NCBI GenBank assembly: GCA_965215005.1
Contig: CBDCCZ010000009.1
Span: forward strand, 1-64,000
Origin: Kofleriaceae bacterium
GTDB taxonomy: Bacteria; Myxococcota_A; Polyangia; Haliangiales; Haliangiaceae
Length of the DNA stretch: 64,000 nucleotides
Direction: 5' to 3'
Below are positions 51,766 to 63,100 of the stretch, piece after piece. Numbering within the stretch: position 1 is the first letter of the stretch; every line of letters starts with the position of its first letter. The notes beneath the pieces were generated by a model. That model saw only the letters and a program-made list of their open reading frames with translations. It searched no databases and had not been told where the DNA came from. The translations under genes and the position numbers were made by a program.

Positions 51766-52380
51766 TCAGGCGCGCGAAGCCGCGGCAATGCGCGCGATTT
51801 CGGCGTGGACTTGATAGGGATACTCGCGAGCCAGCAGCACCGGCAGCTCGGCCCGCAGCGCGGAGACGAACGCGCGGTAGTCATCAACCGCCATCAAGTC
51901 GGCGAGCGTAAGAAGAAATTCACCGTCGCCGCGGGCGATCTCGGTGAGCAGGTGCTCGGAGTTGACGAGGGTGAAACGCAACGCCGCGGAAACGCCGGGC
52001 GGGCGCGTTGCGCCGTCATTACGGGGCAGCTCGAGGTAATAGGCACCGGGCGAATATTCGATCATCGCGCCGGAAATCGCGTCGGTGACCCACGACCACA
52101 GGCAACTGAGGTTGAGAATGGCGACGTTGTTGATCGTCTTGCCGAGCCGGAACGCGCGGCTTTGGTAGCCCGGCGCGGTGATCGTGATGACGTGATTGCC
52201 GAAGGTCTGGCGGTCGAGCACCACCGTGGTCGGCGTCCGCCCGATTGGCACACTGTTGATCATCACGGTCGCGCCGGCCGGCTCGGAGGTGAACGACACC
52301 GGCTGATCGGAGCTGGAGAACAGGGTGGCGCAGCCGCTGCTAGCGACGCAAACGGCGATGAGTAGGGCAAGTCGTTTCAT
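51766..52380 (-). CDS. Lipoprotein with a PEGA-like domain and a DUF3015-like C-terminus
   Basis: Lipobox SSGC, SEPAGATV..GRTP, EIARGDGEFLLTLA. Confidence 0.7.
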   Translation of the reverse strand: MKRLALLIAVCVASSGCATLFSSSDQPVSFTSEPAGATVMINSVPIGRTPTTVVLDRQTFGNHVITITAPGYQSRAFRLGKTINNVAILNLSCLWSWVTDAISGAMIEYSPGAYYLELPRNDGATRPPGVSAALRFTLVNSEHLLTEIARGDGEFLLTLADLMAVDDYRAFVSALRAELPVLLAREYPYQVHAEIARIAAASRA

Positions 52381-52388
52381 GTGGTTCC

Positions 52389-54440
52389 TCAGTAGTAGTA
52401 GAGCAGTGAGAGTTGTGCTTCGGTGCCCGCCGCCTCGGCACGAACCTCGGCGCTAAGGGCATAACCAGAGACGTATTGCCAGCGCAGCGTGCCCGCCGCC
52501 GACCACAGCTGGGTCTGATCTTGACGCGGTAGCCACAGCATTCTGCCGGAGCTCAGCCAGACCAGGTTCTGCGTGAGCCGGGCGCGCAGGCCGAGCGATC
52601 CGCCGACACCGAGCCGCATCGGCCCCACGACTCCATCGAGGTCAGGGTGAAACGCCACGCTGGTTTCGGTCATGGCGAAGGTCGTGAGGCGGTCGGAGAG
52701 GGCGCCCAGGGTGACGCCGCCGCCAATATCGAAGAAGCCCGTGAGACACGAGGGGCAGCCGCGGTCGTAGATGCGCCGCGCGCCGGTGTCGAGGCGCCAG
52801 GAGACGTTGCGATCGTAGCGAGTGAGCGGCACGAGGTTGACGACACGGACGAGTGAGGTGCTCTCGAGGCCGAGCTCGAGGTCGTCGAACCAGAAGCGCA
52901 GCTCGGTGGGCAAGAACTCCAGCTGCGAGGTCTCCGGATAGCCTGCGATCGGGTCAGCGAGGTCGTGCATGGCCAGTCGCGCGTTCAAGGTGCCAAATGG
53001 GCGGGCGCCGCGCAGGCCAGAGCCAACTCCAAAGCGACTCGAGCCGTGGCCGCGATGCGGCGCGCGTTCCCGGGGAACGTTGTATTCCAGCGGCGCCGAC
53101 ACCACGCCCAGCGCGGAGCGTCTGCCGAGCAGTGCAAGCTTGTGCTTTGCCGGCTCAGAGCGGGTGTCGGTGACGATCTGCTCGCCATAGCGCAAATCCA
53201 GCATGTCCAGCGCTGCATCGAGCGCGGCCGCGGCACGCGCCGCGGGCATCGCGACGGGCAGTGGCGTCTCGGGATCGTCCAGCAGCTTGCTCAAGAGATC
53301 ACGCTCGGCTTCATCGAGCTTGGCGAGCCGGGCGTAAAACTGGGTGCGCAGCGACGGCCGGTATTCGACTCGGGTGACGAAGGTGGGGTTGGCGAGCAGT
53401 GCCTTGATGGTGTCGGCAGGAATCACTGGCCACTTCACGTGGCTCAGCAAATCGATCGAAGGATCGGCGACCTCGAGCGTACCGAGTACGTGATACGAGC
53501 AGTTTTCGCTGAGATAGAAGTAATCGAAGTAGGTCGATCCGAGCTCCCAGAGGTGCCGCACGAGCAGGTCGAGCTGCGGTTGGGTGAGCGCCAGCTCGTA
53601 TTCCCACAAGTCGCGCGACTCGAAGTCGTTGTACTCGCGAACCTTGTAGTAGTAGGGCATCCGCTGAAAGGTCCCGCGAAACATCCCAGTGAGGCCTTTG
53701 AGGGCATATAGGAGGGCGTTTCCGGTATCGACTCCAGCGGAATAGTTGACGCCGGTGTCGAGCAGCTGGCGGCGTTGGTCGCCGGCATCGGCGGCCTGCT
53801 TGTTGATGCGCAACAGGGTGTGGCCGAAGGCCGACGCCGCGTTGCTGAGATAGTACGAGGAGAAGACCAGGGTGGCCGAGCGGGCGTTGAGCGAGTCGAG
53901 AAAGCGCTCGAGCTTGGGACATTGGCGCTGAGGGAGGTCGTCCTCAGAGAAGCCGAGCTCGCGCTGGAGCCAGACCAGCCGCGCCGGGAAACGGCAGATG
54001 GCGTGGTCATCGCCGGCCGGGGCCGCAAAGAATGCGCGCAAGGTCGCGAGCAGCTCGGCAGCGGGGTCTTCGGCGCCGCGCGGGGAGAGAAAGAACTCGC
54101 TGCCGTCGGCTTCGCTTTGCACACCGCGAAGCCAACCTTCGCGCCAGCGGCCGAGGCGGCGCCACTGCGTGCGCCTCCAAAGCTTTCGCTCGTTCGCCTG
54201 TGCGATCAGGCGCTCGAGAACGGCGGTTTCGCTGCCGCTAGGGGCGGAGACCTTGGAAGTGGCGCTGTTGGCCGCGGGGGTCTCGTCGGCGGTCGTGTCA
54301 CCGGTGCGGGCCGCTGCGGTGGTCTGGTTTGTGGCGGATGTGGTCTCGGCCACATCGGCTCGGCTGAGCGCAGGAGCTCCGAGCAGCACCAGGAGCGTGC
54401 TGGTGGTGAGGAAGTGGGCCCGGCCCGAGGCCGAGCCCAT
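52389..54440 (-). CDS. DUF4105 domain protein with a C-terminal beta-barrel-like region
   Basis: ICRFPAR, SAFGHTLLRI, ESRDLWEYEL, YFYLSENCSY; ends LLYYY. Confidence 0.82.
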   Translation of the reverse strand: MGSASGRAHFLTTSTLLVLLGAPALSRADVAETTSATNQTTAAARTGDTTADETPAANSATSKVSAPSGSETAVLERLIAQANERKLWRRTQWRRLGRWREGWLRGVQSEADGSEFFLSPRGAEDPAAELLATLRAFFAAPAGDDHAICRFPARLVWLQRELGFSEDDLPQRQCPKLERFLDSLNARSATLVFSSYYLSNAASAFGHTLLRINKQAADAGDQRRQLLDTGVNYSAGVDTGNALLYALKGLTGMFRGTFQRMPYYYKVREYNDFESRDLWEYELALTQPQLDLLVRHLWELGSTYFDYFYLSENCSYHVLGTLEVADPSIDLLSHVKWPVIPADTIKALLANPTFVTRVEYRPSLRTQFYARLAKLDEAERDLLSKLLDDPETPLPVAMPAARAAAALDAALDMLDLRYGEQIVTDTRSEPAKHKLALLGRRSALGVVSAPLEYNVPRERAPHRGHGSSRFGVGSGLRGARPFGTLNARLAMHDLADPIAGYPETSQLEFLPTELRFWFDDLELGLESTSLVRVVNLVPLTRYDRNVSWRLDTGARRIYDRGCPSCLTGFFDIGGGVTLGALSDRLTTFAMTETSVAFHPDLDGVVGPMRLGVGGSLGLRARLTQNLVWLSSGRMLWLPRQDQTQLWSAAGTLRWQYVSGYALSAEVRAEAAGTEAQLSLLYYY

Positions 54441-54448
54441 TCGCTTCT

Positions 54449-54955
54449 TTAGAGAATCTTGTCGCAACGGAGCGAATTGTCGCTGCGCAGCACGGTGATG
54501 ACGCCCTGGGAGACCTGCTGGTCGGTCACGCCCGCGCCCGGAAAGATGGCGGAGAAGTTGCCTTGCAACGAACGACCAACGGCGGTGCTATCGCCGCAGC
54601 CGCCGAGAGTGGCCAGCGTGTCGATGGTCTCGCCCGAGCCGCGGGCGATGTCCTTGGCGAGGATCTCGCGGTTGGTCTCGACGAACGAAGCGACGTTGAC
54701 GACCGGATCGCCGGAGTCGACGCAGTTGCTGGTGCCCGAGGTGATGCCGAAGGTCTGGCTGTAGAACGAGCCGTTGGTGGTGGCGGCAAGGACCTGGATC
54801 ATGCCGGGCTCGGCGCCAAAGATGAGCGAGCCGAGTCCGCAGCCGGCCGTGCCGTAGCTATTGGCGGTGTTGACGGTTGCTTGTTGAGCGGAGGCGGTGC
54901 CGAGCCCGAGTTGGCAGAGTCCAGCCAAGACTAGGAGCGATAGGATTCTCTTCAT
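54449..54955 (-). CDS. DUF3015 family exported protein
   Basis: GTAGCGLGS, AATTNG..SQTFGITSGTSNC, DIARGSGE. Confidence 0.88.
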   Translation of the reverse strand: MKRILSLLVLAGLCQLGLGTASAQQATVNTANSYGTAGCGLGSLIFGAEPGMIQVLAATTNGSFYSQTFGITSGTSNCVDSGDPVVNVASFVETNREILAKDIARGSGETIDTLATLGGCGDSTAVGRSLQGNFSAIFPGAGVTDQQVSQGVITVLRSDNSLRCDKIL

Positions 54956-55231
54956 AGAAACGTGTCCTCTCGATTGTCGCCGCACCCCGTGCGCGGCGCG
55001 AGCGGACGATACGGCAGGTGCCGCAGGCTTCGCCAGTCGCAGTAAGAAACAACCGTATCGCGACGCAGGAGAGTCACCCGCCACGGGGGGAGGCGAGCGA
55101 ACTTTGCCGCTTTTGCCAGCGTTGCACGCTTGCAATCCGCCTCAACGCGGTGACTAGAGGTGCTTTGGGCGCTCTCGCGCGCTGCTTACTAGTTTAGATA
55201 CCGCTCGGGCGCTGGCGCGTCGGCCTCGTCG

Positions 55232-56230
55232 TCACTCGAGGCGCTCTCCTGGGCTGCTCGGTCCAACGTCGAGGACGACGAGAGGCGCCGGGCTACGGGC
55301 TTCTTCTTCCGCCCACCGCGCGAGCCTGGCGCGATTTTGATAGCGCTTGCGCAGGTACGCCAGGATGAGCAGCAGCGCTCCGAACACCCAGACGCCCATC
55401 GCGAAGAGACCCGCTGGCATTAGCAGATAGCGCTCGCGCAGCCCCTGCGCCCACTCGTCGTGCAGCTCCGAAAGGCTGGCGCCGTACGCGTTCCACGCCG
55501 CTCGCTCAGGAGTATCGCCAGCGGAAATGGCGGCGAGGAAGTCGCGAAATGGCCAGCGGTTGCCGTCGTCGCGCGCATCGGGATAGCGCCCGCGTCTGGC
55601 CAAGTAGGCGACGAAGTCGTAGCTCTGCGCGTACGCGCGATCCGCCTCGGCTTCGGCAGCCGGGAAATGCTGCTCGAGCTCACTCAGAGGCTGAACATTG
55701 CCAAACCACGCCATGCCGGTGAGGGTCTGCGCGCGGGCGAGCGAAAAATTCGAGGAATGAAGATAGGCAAATCCTTCATTGAGCCAGCGCGGCGCGCGAC
55801 CGTGCAAGGCAGCGCCTAGCGCCAGGTGCGCCAGCTCGTGAACCGCGACATTGGCGCTGGCAATGGGCTCCGCGCCGCTCCGGGTAGCAACCACGACCAC
55901 GCCAGCATCCGGGTAGGCGACGCCTGCGGCCCAGTGGGGAGCGCCGCGGCCAGGCGGAGCGGCAGCGGCGAGATCGGCGGCGCGTTTGACGAGGCGAATC
56001 TCGATGCGCGCCGGTGCCGGCAAGCCATCTAGATCGGCGCGAATGCGCGCGAGCGCCTCGGGAGCCTCGGCGGAGATGGTGGCCGCGAGCTCGGCGAGGC
56101 CAGCTTCGGCGCGCACGGTGACGGCGCCCGTCTCGGTGACCTCGGGCAACGCGAGGCGCTGCGCGCGGGCAGTGCTGGCAAGGCAGAGCATGCAAAGGAT
56201 CGCGAGCGCGCGCAGCAGCCAAGGCGTCAC
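55232..56230 (-). CDS. Peptidase MA-like zinc metallopeptidase with a C-terminal TM helix
   Basis: WAAGVAY, HELAH, PRWLNEGFA, AYAQS; GTGA overlap. Confidence 0.82.
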   Translation of the reverse strand: MTPWLLRALAILCMLCLASTARAQRLALPEVTETGAVTVRAEAGLAELAATISAEAPEALARIRADLDGLPAPARIEIRLVKRAADLAAAAPPGRGAPHWAAGVAYPDAGVVVVATRSGAEPIASANVAVHELAHLALGAALHGRAPRWLNEGFAYLHSSNFSLARAQTLTGMAWFGNVQPLSELEQHFPAAEAEADRAYAQSYDFVAYLARRGRYPDARDDGNRWPFRDFLAAISAGDTPERAAWNAYGASLSELHDEWAQGLRERYLLMPAGLFAMGVWVFGALLLILAYLRKRYQNRARLARWAEEEARSPAPLVVLDVGPSSPGERLE

Positions 56231-57537
56231 GGCAGCGTGAGCTCGATGCGCTGCCGGTCGTTGTCGAGCTCGGTGGCCAGGATGACGGCGGCGCCGACGA
56301 AGACGGCGCCGAGGATTGCGGAGTAGACCCACCATGGTTGCGTCTCCTGGGCTTTCTCAGGCGATGTCGAACGCCCGGTGAGGAGTGGCGTGGCGCGCTG
56401 CTGGCGCGCGTGCAAGACGAGCGGCGTGGTGATGTTCCGAGGCTGTGACAGCGGCGCCGTGGCGATGCGCTGGGCTCGCCTACTGCCGGGTGGGAGCGCC
56501 CAGAGCGCTGCCGTGTCACCTTCGCCGATGACGATGCCAAGTTGCGCCTCCGCGGCGGTCATGACCTCGGTCATCGCGGCGGCATCGAGCGTGGTCGGGT
56601 CGCGGCGCCAACCCGCAATCCGCGCCGTTAGGGAAAGCGAATCGGCCGGGGCGGGGAGGCCAGCGCCGCCGCGGGCGTCACCGGCGATGGTGCTCAAGAG
56701 CCACGGCAGGAGGCCAGTTAGCGGCGTCTCCTGCGTCGCTGGTCTTGCGTCGCGCGCTTCCAAGCTCTGGCCGTGAGCGACTCGAACCTGTTGACCGTCG
56801 TCGCGGATCGAGACCCAAACCGCCTCGCCGCCGCTCGGCCAGCCCAGCGCGATCAGGTGCTCGCCCTCCGGCAAGACGGCGCGGAGCGGCGCGATGCCCG
56901 CGTTGTGGTGATCGATCCACACCGTTGCCGTCGCGGGCTCGCCGGCAATCTCGACGCTGCGGAGCGCGACGTTGGCGGTGGCGTCGAGCTCGGGATACGC
57001 GGCCCAAATTGCCGCGGGCACGTTTGCACCAGCATCGGCACCGATCGCACGCAGCGCGGCGGCTGCGCGTGCTGCCGCGGCCCGGTCGCCGGCTTCGTGG
57101 GCGCAGCGCAGCTGATAGCCGTACGCGTCGACGAGGGGCTCAATGGACGCGGCGCCAGCCGCTTGCGCCGCTCCCAACGCAGTAATTGCCTCGCGCGCGG
57201 CGACACGCGCGCCGTTGCAGTCATCGGCGGCACTCGCGCGCCGCGCGGTCGCCAGCGCTGCGTAACCGCGTGTCAAGGCGGCTTCGCCGGCCGGCGCGAG
57301 CGCTGCGAGCTGTGCGCGCACCTCGAGGTCGGCGACGAGCGTGAGGGCGGCGGTGCTAGCGAGCTCGCGCTCCAGGCGATACACGCTCGGAGCGCGACTC
57401 GCGGCATCCGCAGCGCGCAGATCGATGATGGTGACCGGTAATGCATCACCGGCGGCCGGAGCGGCCACTGCCGCCCGTGACGCGGCGAGCGCTGCCGCTA
57501 TGCCGGCAAGCTGTCGAAGTATTTGCCGAGCGCCCAT
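56227..57537 (-). CDS. Exported hypothetical protein with a PEGA-like domain and C-terminal TM helix
   Basis: Signal peptide; EPATATVWID..GIAP..LPEGEH; PWWVY hydrophobic tail. Confidence 0.65.
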   Translation of the reverse strand: MGARQILRQLAGIAAALAASRAAVAAPAAGDALPVTIIDLRAADAASRAPSVYRLERELASTAALTLVADLEVRAQLAALAPAGEAALTRGYAALATARRASAADDCNGARVAAREAITALGAAQAAGAASIEPLVDAYGYQLRCAHEAGDRAAAARAAAALRAIGADAGANVPAAIWAAYPELDATANVALRSVEIAGEPATATVWIDHHNAGIAPLRAVLPEGEHLIALGWPSGGEAVWVSIRDDGQQVRVAHGQSLEARDARPATQETPLTGLLPWLLSTIAGDARGGAGLPAPADSLSLTARIAGWRRDPTTLDAAAMTEVMTAAEAQLGIVIGEGDTAALWALPPGSRRAQRIATAPLSQPRNITTPLVLHARQQRATPLLTGRSTSPEKAQETQPWWVYSAILGAVFVGAAVILATELDNDRQRIELTLP

Positions 57538-57854
57538 ACGACCTTTGCTCGCAGGCCATCGAACCGCAGTCCGATGCCGCTATCTGTGCTCCAGCGGACC
57601 TGCGCCGCGATCTCGAGAAGGGTCTCATCGCTGGGCACGCGAAGCCGCAACGTGACCGGCTGGCCCATCCTCGGGCGAGCGCCGTAGAGGACGAACGCGC
57701 CGCCCAGAGACATGTTGTCGATGATGACCTCGTGATGTTCTCCGGCCACTTCCAAGGTGGCGGCGAGAGCGACGTGATAGCGGCAATGGGATCGGCTAGC
57801 AGACACGCGAGAGAGCTCCGGGGCGGCAGACAGTCCTGCCAGTGTAAGCGCCAA
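57498..57854 (-). CDS. PilZ domain protein
   Basis: RSHCR (RxxxR), NMSLGG, VRW, GLRF; start uncertain. Confidence 0.8.
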   Translation of the reverse strand: MALTLAGLSAAPELSRVSASRSHCRYHVALAATLEVAGEHHEVIIDNMSLGGAFVLYGARPRMGQPVTLRLRVPSDETLLEIAAQVRWSTDSGIGLRFDGLRAKVVWALGKYFDSLPA

Positions 57855-58072
57855 ATCGTTTGCCGAAAGCTAACTAAATGGGGGATCCGCTCGCGGCCGC
57901 CCGGGAGATGCCAAAGCATGCCGCCGCAGGAGTCGTTGCGCCCACGATGGCCCACCTCCAGCGCCCGCACGATGCCTGGCCCGGACACGCGACACAGTCG
58001 CTACCGCCCACGACGGCCTACCTCCAGCGCCCACAGCGATGCCCTCTGCGGGCGGTGACCGCGGGCGGCGCC

Positions 58073-59092
58073 TCAGCGCTTGATGTCGACGTAGGCCTTC
58101 TTGCGCAACTCGCTCAGCCACTGCTGCGTTTGCTTATCCATCTCGCGGCGATAAATCTCGTTGCGCAGCTGCTCCTTGGATTCCTCGAAGCTCGCCAGGT
58201 CGGCTTGCTCCACCTCGCCGACGTAGAAGACGTGCAGGCCGCTCGGTCCGCTCACGGGACCGCGAACCTCACCCTTCTCCATGCTGAACACGATGGCTTC
58301 CCACTCGCTGGCGATGGAGCCGCGCTCGATCCAGCCGAGGTCGCCGGCGGACTCCGCAGTGGCTGCGTCGTCCGAGTGCTTAGCCGCGAGCTCAGCGAAC
58401 GCCTCGCCAGCGCGAGCACGCTCGATGACCTCTGCCGCTTCTTGTTTGGCTTCGGCGACTTGCGCTTCGCTCGGCTCTTCGGGCAGGCCGATGAGAATGT
58501 GCTGCAGTCGAATTTTTTCCACGGCGCCTGAGCGCCGACTTTGCGCGTCATAGCGGGCGCGAACGTCCTCGTCCGTGACCGTCACACGCGGGCGGACCAG
58601 CATGTTGATCGCTCGCATTCGCAGGATCTGCTTCTCGACATCCTGCCGATAGGCACCTAGCGAATAGCCTTGCACACGCAGCGCCTGGCTGAAGCCCTCA
58701 TCATCGAGCTGGTTTTGCTTCTTGATCTCGTCGATGGCGGCATCGATCTCGCGCGCCTCGACCTGCAGCTTGGCCTCCGCGGCTGCTTCCACGATGAGCT
58801 CCTCGCTCACCATCTCCTCGAGCACCTGGCTCACGATCTTGCGCTCCCGGCGCTCACGCTCGCGCGCATCGCTGATGCTGTCGAGGTCGGCAATGAGCGG
58901 CGCTGCGCGCGTCCGCAGCTCGCTCGCCAAGATGACCGCGTCGTTGACGACCGCCACCACCTGATCGAGCACGAAGCCGCTGGCTTGCGCCTCCTGGTCG
59001 GCCTTGGGTCTGGGCGTGGGAGCCGGTTGCGCCATCGCCGGAAGTGACCAGGTGCCGAGCACAAGCGCAATCCCAACCCAGAGCGGTCGCAT
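58073..59092 (-). CDS. surA: SurA-like peptidyl-prolyl isomerase/chaperone
   Basis: DQVVAVVND, QHILI, FAELAAKHSDD, GDLGW; start uncertain. Confidence 0.85.
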   Translation of the reverse strand: MRPLWVGIALVLGTWSLPAMAQPAPTPRPKADQEAQASGFVLDQVVAVVNDAVILASELRTRAAPLIADLDSISDARERERRERKIVSQVLEEMVSEELIVEAAAEAKLQVEAREIDAAIDEIKKQNQLDDEGFSQALRVQGYSLGAYRQDVEKQILRMRAINMLVRPRVTVTDEDVRARYDAQSRRSGAVEKIRLQHILIGLPEEPSEAQVAEAKQEAAEVIERARAGEAFAELAAKHSDDAATAESAGDLGWIERGSIASEWEAIVFSMEKGEVRGPVSGPSGLHVFYVGEVEQADLASFEESKEQLRNEIYRREMDKQTQQWLSELRKKAYVDIKR

Positions 59093-59132
59093 CGACAGGT
59101 GAGACACGTTGACCGCGCGCGCGGTTGCCCGA

Positions 59133-60158
59133 CTATTGCGCGGCAGCTTCATGACCCGCGGCCTCATCGAGCATCATCTCGCCGTGGTGGCCGCTCATCG
59201 CTGGTGGCGCGCCGGCGGTATCGATTTCGACCTTGGCGAGGTTGTCCTCGAAGATCTCGATTTTGGCCTTGTCTTTGAGGGAATCGATGAAGGTTTGCTG
59301 CGCTGCGGTGCGCTTTTCGCGATAGATGCGGTTCTGAATCTGCCGCTTGACCTCGTCGAACGACTTCTCCATCGCCTTGCGTCTGCCGGTTTGTTTGAGG
59401 ATATAGAAGCTGCCGTTGCCAGCGGCGATGGGGCCCGCGACATCCCCGGTTTGCTCGAGCGCGAACGCGGCCTCGACCACGGGAGCAGGCAATTCTTTGG
59501 TGTCGGCGGCGAAGTAGCGCAAGTCACCGCCGCGGACCTTGGTCGCCTCGTCAATCGAGTGCTGGGCGACGAGATCGCGAAAGCCCTTGTTGGTCTTGCC
59601 TTGCTCGCCTTTGGCGGCCTGCGCGACTTTTTTGGCGTCTGCTTCGCTGCGCAAGATGATCGCCGAGACCCGAACCTCTTCGGGTTTTTTGTACTCCGAT
59701 TCGTGCTCTGCGTAGAAGGCGCGCATCTCGTCGTCGCCGATGGCCTCGGGATCGATTTTGGTTTCGAACTCGTCTGCCATGAGCTTCTGGATCATCATCT
59801 GCTTCATGGTGCGGACGACCTCGGGATCGTTGTCGAGCCCGCGCCGCATCGCTTCCTTGGCCAGAACCTCGAAGCGGACCAGATTCTCGAGGAACTCCTG
59901 CTTCTGCTCGAGCGAGGTGTAGCGCGCGCGAATGTACGGCGACTGCCGATTGATGCGCTCTTGAAACTCGCTCACCGTGACCACGATGTCGTCGACCTTG
60001 GCCAGCGGCGTGTCGTCCGCGGCTGTGGCGACGGCGGCTGGGTTGGCTCCGCTGGTCGCGGCCGGCTCTTGATCACGGCAGCCGAGCAGGCTCAAGACCA
60101 AAAGGCCTGAGCAAAGGCCGGCGAAGGCGCCGCAGAGAGGTGACCGCGTTCGAAGCAT
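59133..60158 (-). CDS. PpiC-type peptidyl-prolyl isomerase lipoprotein
   Basis: Lipobox LLGC, PEEVRVSAI, HSID..RGGDL. Confidence 0.85.
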   Translation of the reverse strand: MLRTRSPLCGAFAGLCSGLLVLSLLGCRDQEPAATSGANPAAVATAADDTPLAKVDDIVVTVSEFQERINRQSPYIRARYTSLEQKQEFLENLVRFEVLAKEAMRRGLDNDPEVVRTMKQMMIQKLMADEFETKIDPEAIGDDEMRAFYAEHESEYKKPEEVRVSAIILRSEADAKKVAQAAKGEQGKTNKGFRDLVAQHSIDEATKVRGGDLRYFAADTKELPAPVVEAAFALEQTGDVAGPIAAGNGSFYILKQTGRRKAMEKSFDEVKRQIQNRIYREKRTAAQQTFIDSLKDKAKIEIFEDNLAKVEIDTAGAPPAMSGHHGEMMLDEAAGHEAAAQ

Positions 60159-60188
60159 AACTAGCTCTCCTGACTACGAAAACTGCGA

Positions 60189-63100
60189 TCAGGTAGCACA
60201 GCCGATGAGCTCGAGCAAGCAGCTCCTAGCGGCGTGGGCGGGGCCTTGCTCCGTGCTCGGTAGCTGACACGCCAGCCGGCCATCGGCGGTCAGGCGGAAT
60301 TGCTTGCCGCTGCGTTTTACCAGCTCGGCTAGCACCGTTGGCGATAGCGGTGTGGTCTCGGCCAACGCTAAGGTCATTCGAGTCGCGGTGAGATCGACGC
60401 TCACGGCGCGCAGGACGCGCGCATAGGTCTTGAGCACCATCAGGTCGCCGAGCTGCACGACCTCCAGGGGCAGCGGACCGTAGCGGTCGAGAAGCTCGTC
60501 GAGCAGCAGTCGCACCTCGTCTTCGTCCTCGGCACCCGAGAGCCGCTTGTAGAGATCGAGCCGCTGGCCGGTGTCGGGCACGTAGTCGTCGGGAATGAAG
60601 CCCGCGGCGTCGACATTGAGCTCGGGATCCGTGGCTTTGTGGATCTCCTCGCCGCGAAGCTCGGCAACCGCTTCTTCGAGCATCGCAGTGTAGGTCTCAA
60701 ATCCCACCGCGGCGATCGAGCCCGATTGCTTCGCGCCGAGCAGCTCGCCGGCGCCGCGAATCTCGAGGTCGTGCGAGGCGATCTGAAAGCCGGCGCCGAG
60801 CTCGGTGTACCGCTGCAGCGCTTCGAGGCGCCGCCGTGCTTCTTCCGTGAGCTGTTCGGGCGGCGGCACCAGCAGATAGCAGAATGCGCGCTCTTTGGAG
60901 CGGCCGATGCGCCCGCGCAGCTGATAGAGCTGCGAGACCCCAAAGGTGTCGGCGCGGGCGATGAACATGGTGTTGGCGCGAGCGATGTCGAGCCCGCTCT
61001 CGATGATGGTGGTCGATACCAGGACGTCGTGCTCGCCGTTGACGAAACCGACCATGATCGTCTCGAGTGCCTCAGCGCTCATTTGCCCGTGCGCGACCAC
61101 CACTCGCGCCTCCGGCACCAGCGCGCGCAGGTGCGTGGCCCAGTCTTCTAGGGTCGGTTCTCTGGACTTGCCGTCGCCAATTCGCGGCGACACGAAAAAG
61201 CATTGGCCGCCGCGGCCGAGCTCGCGCCGCAACGCCTCGCGCAGGACGCCATCGTCGACGCGTGAGACAAAGGTGCGGATCGAGCGACGGTCGGCCGGCG
61301 GGGTGGCGATGATGGACAGATCGCGCAGCCCGGCCATGGCTAGGTGCAGTGTTCTCGGGATCGGCGTGGCGGTGAGGGTGAGGACGTCGAGCTGTGTGCG
61401 CAGCTTCTTGAGCCGCTCCTTCTGGGTAACGCCGAAGCGCTGCTCCTCATCGATGATGAGCAGGCCGAGCTCTTTGAACCGCACGTCTTTCGATAGCAGT
61501 CGATGCGTGCCGACCACGATGTCGACCGTGCCGGCAGCCAGCCCCTTGATGGCGGCGAGCTGGCTCGCCCTGCTTTGAAATCGCGATAATCGCTCTACCT
61601 GTACCGGCCAACCCGCATACCGGCGCTTCATGGTCTGGAAATGCTGCTCGACCAGCACGGTGGTCGGCGCGAGCATCGCGACCTGCTTGCCGCCGAGCAC
61701 CGCTTTGAGAGCCGCGCGCAAGGCGACCTCGGTCTTGCCATACCCAACGTCGCCGCATACCAGCCGGTCCATGGGCCGAGGGCTCTCCATGTCGTCGATG
61801 ACGGCATCGATCGCCTTTTGCTGATCCGGTGTTTCCTCGAACTCGAAGAGCGCCTCGAACTCGCCAAACATCGCGTCACCCGCGGGGAACGCATGCCCGG
61901 GCAGGGCGGCGCGCTGCGCGTAGAGCTGCAACAGCTCCTCGGCGAGCGCCCGCACCTGCACAGATACCTTGCGCCGCGCCTTATCCCACGTGAGGCCGCC
62001 GAGCTTGTCGAGCCGCGGACTGTGGCCTTCGGCGCCGACGTAGCGCTGCACCTCGCTGAGCCGGTACACCGGCAAATACAGCGTGCCGCCGCTGTACTCG
62101 AGCTGGAGAAAATCCATCGGAGCGCCGCGCAGCGGTAGTTTTTTCAGCCCCTGGTATTGGCCGACGCCGTGCACGTGGTGAACGAGAAAGTCGCCCACCG
62201 CCAGCTGCGAAAAGTCGGCGACGCCGCCGAGCAGAGCATCGCGGGCGCGCTTGGCGGCTGCGCGCTGGCGCACCGAGGTCTGGCGGCGCGCGCCGAAGAT
62301 CTCATCATCGGTGACGATGGCGAGCCCTTCTGCGGCGTAGCTAAACCCTTCCGAAAGCGAGCCGCGCAGCAGCGTTGGCACCCCGGGCGACAGCGCGTCG
62401 AGAGCGATCGGCTGGCTTGCGCGCTCGACGAACACGTCATACTCGCTGAGCAGTCCCGCTAAACGGTCAGCTCGGGCGGCGCTGTCGCAGGGAATCGCGA
62501 TGCGCCAGTCACCCTTGCGCCACGCGCCGAGCGACGCCGTGAGCGGCTGCAAGAGCTCGTCCGCCGACTGCTTGCGAGCCCGCTCCAGGGCGCTGCGGAG
62601 GCCGCGATTGCCGTCGATGGCGAATCGCAGGACAGCGGCATCCTCATCGGCGCCGAGCATTTCGACGGTGCGCGCCAGCACCCGTCGCCGCGGCGCCGAA
62701 AGCGCGCTAGCGAGCTCCTCGAGAGCCACGTAGTGTTCACTCGGCGCAAGCGCCAAGCGTCCATCGGCGAGGCGATCCTGATAGCGACTGGCGGCGATAT
62801 CGAGCTCATCGGTGGCTGCGGCGATGACGCCATCGGGATCGAGCACGAGCCATTGTGCTGTGTCGCCAAGAAGCTGCCACAGCGGCGTCATGCGCGCGTG
62901 AAACACCGGCGTGAGGGTCTCGATGCCGACGAATTCCTCACCGGTATCGAGCTGTTCGAGCACCCGGCGGGTCTGCTTCGAAGGCATCGTCGCGGCGTCG
63001 GCGGCAGCCAGAATTTTGGCTCGCACGTCGGCGCCGCGAGTGAGAACGGTCTCGCGCACGGGATGCAGATGAAGCCGCTCGATCGCCCGCAGCGTGCGTT

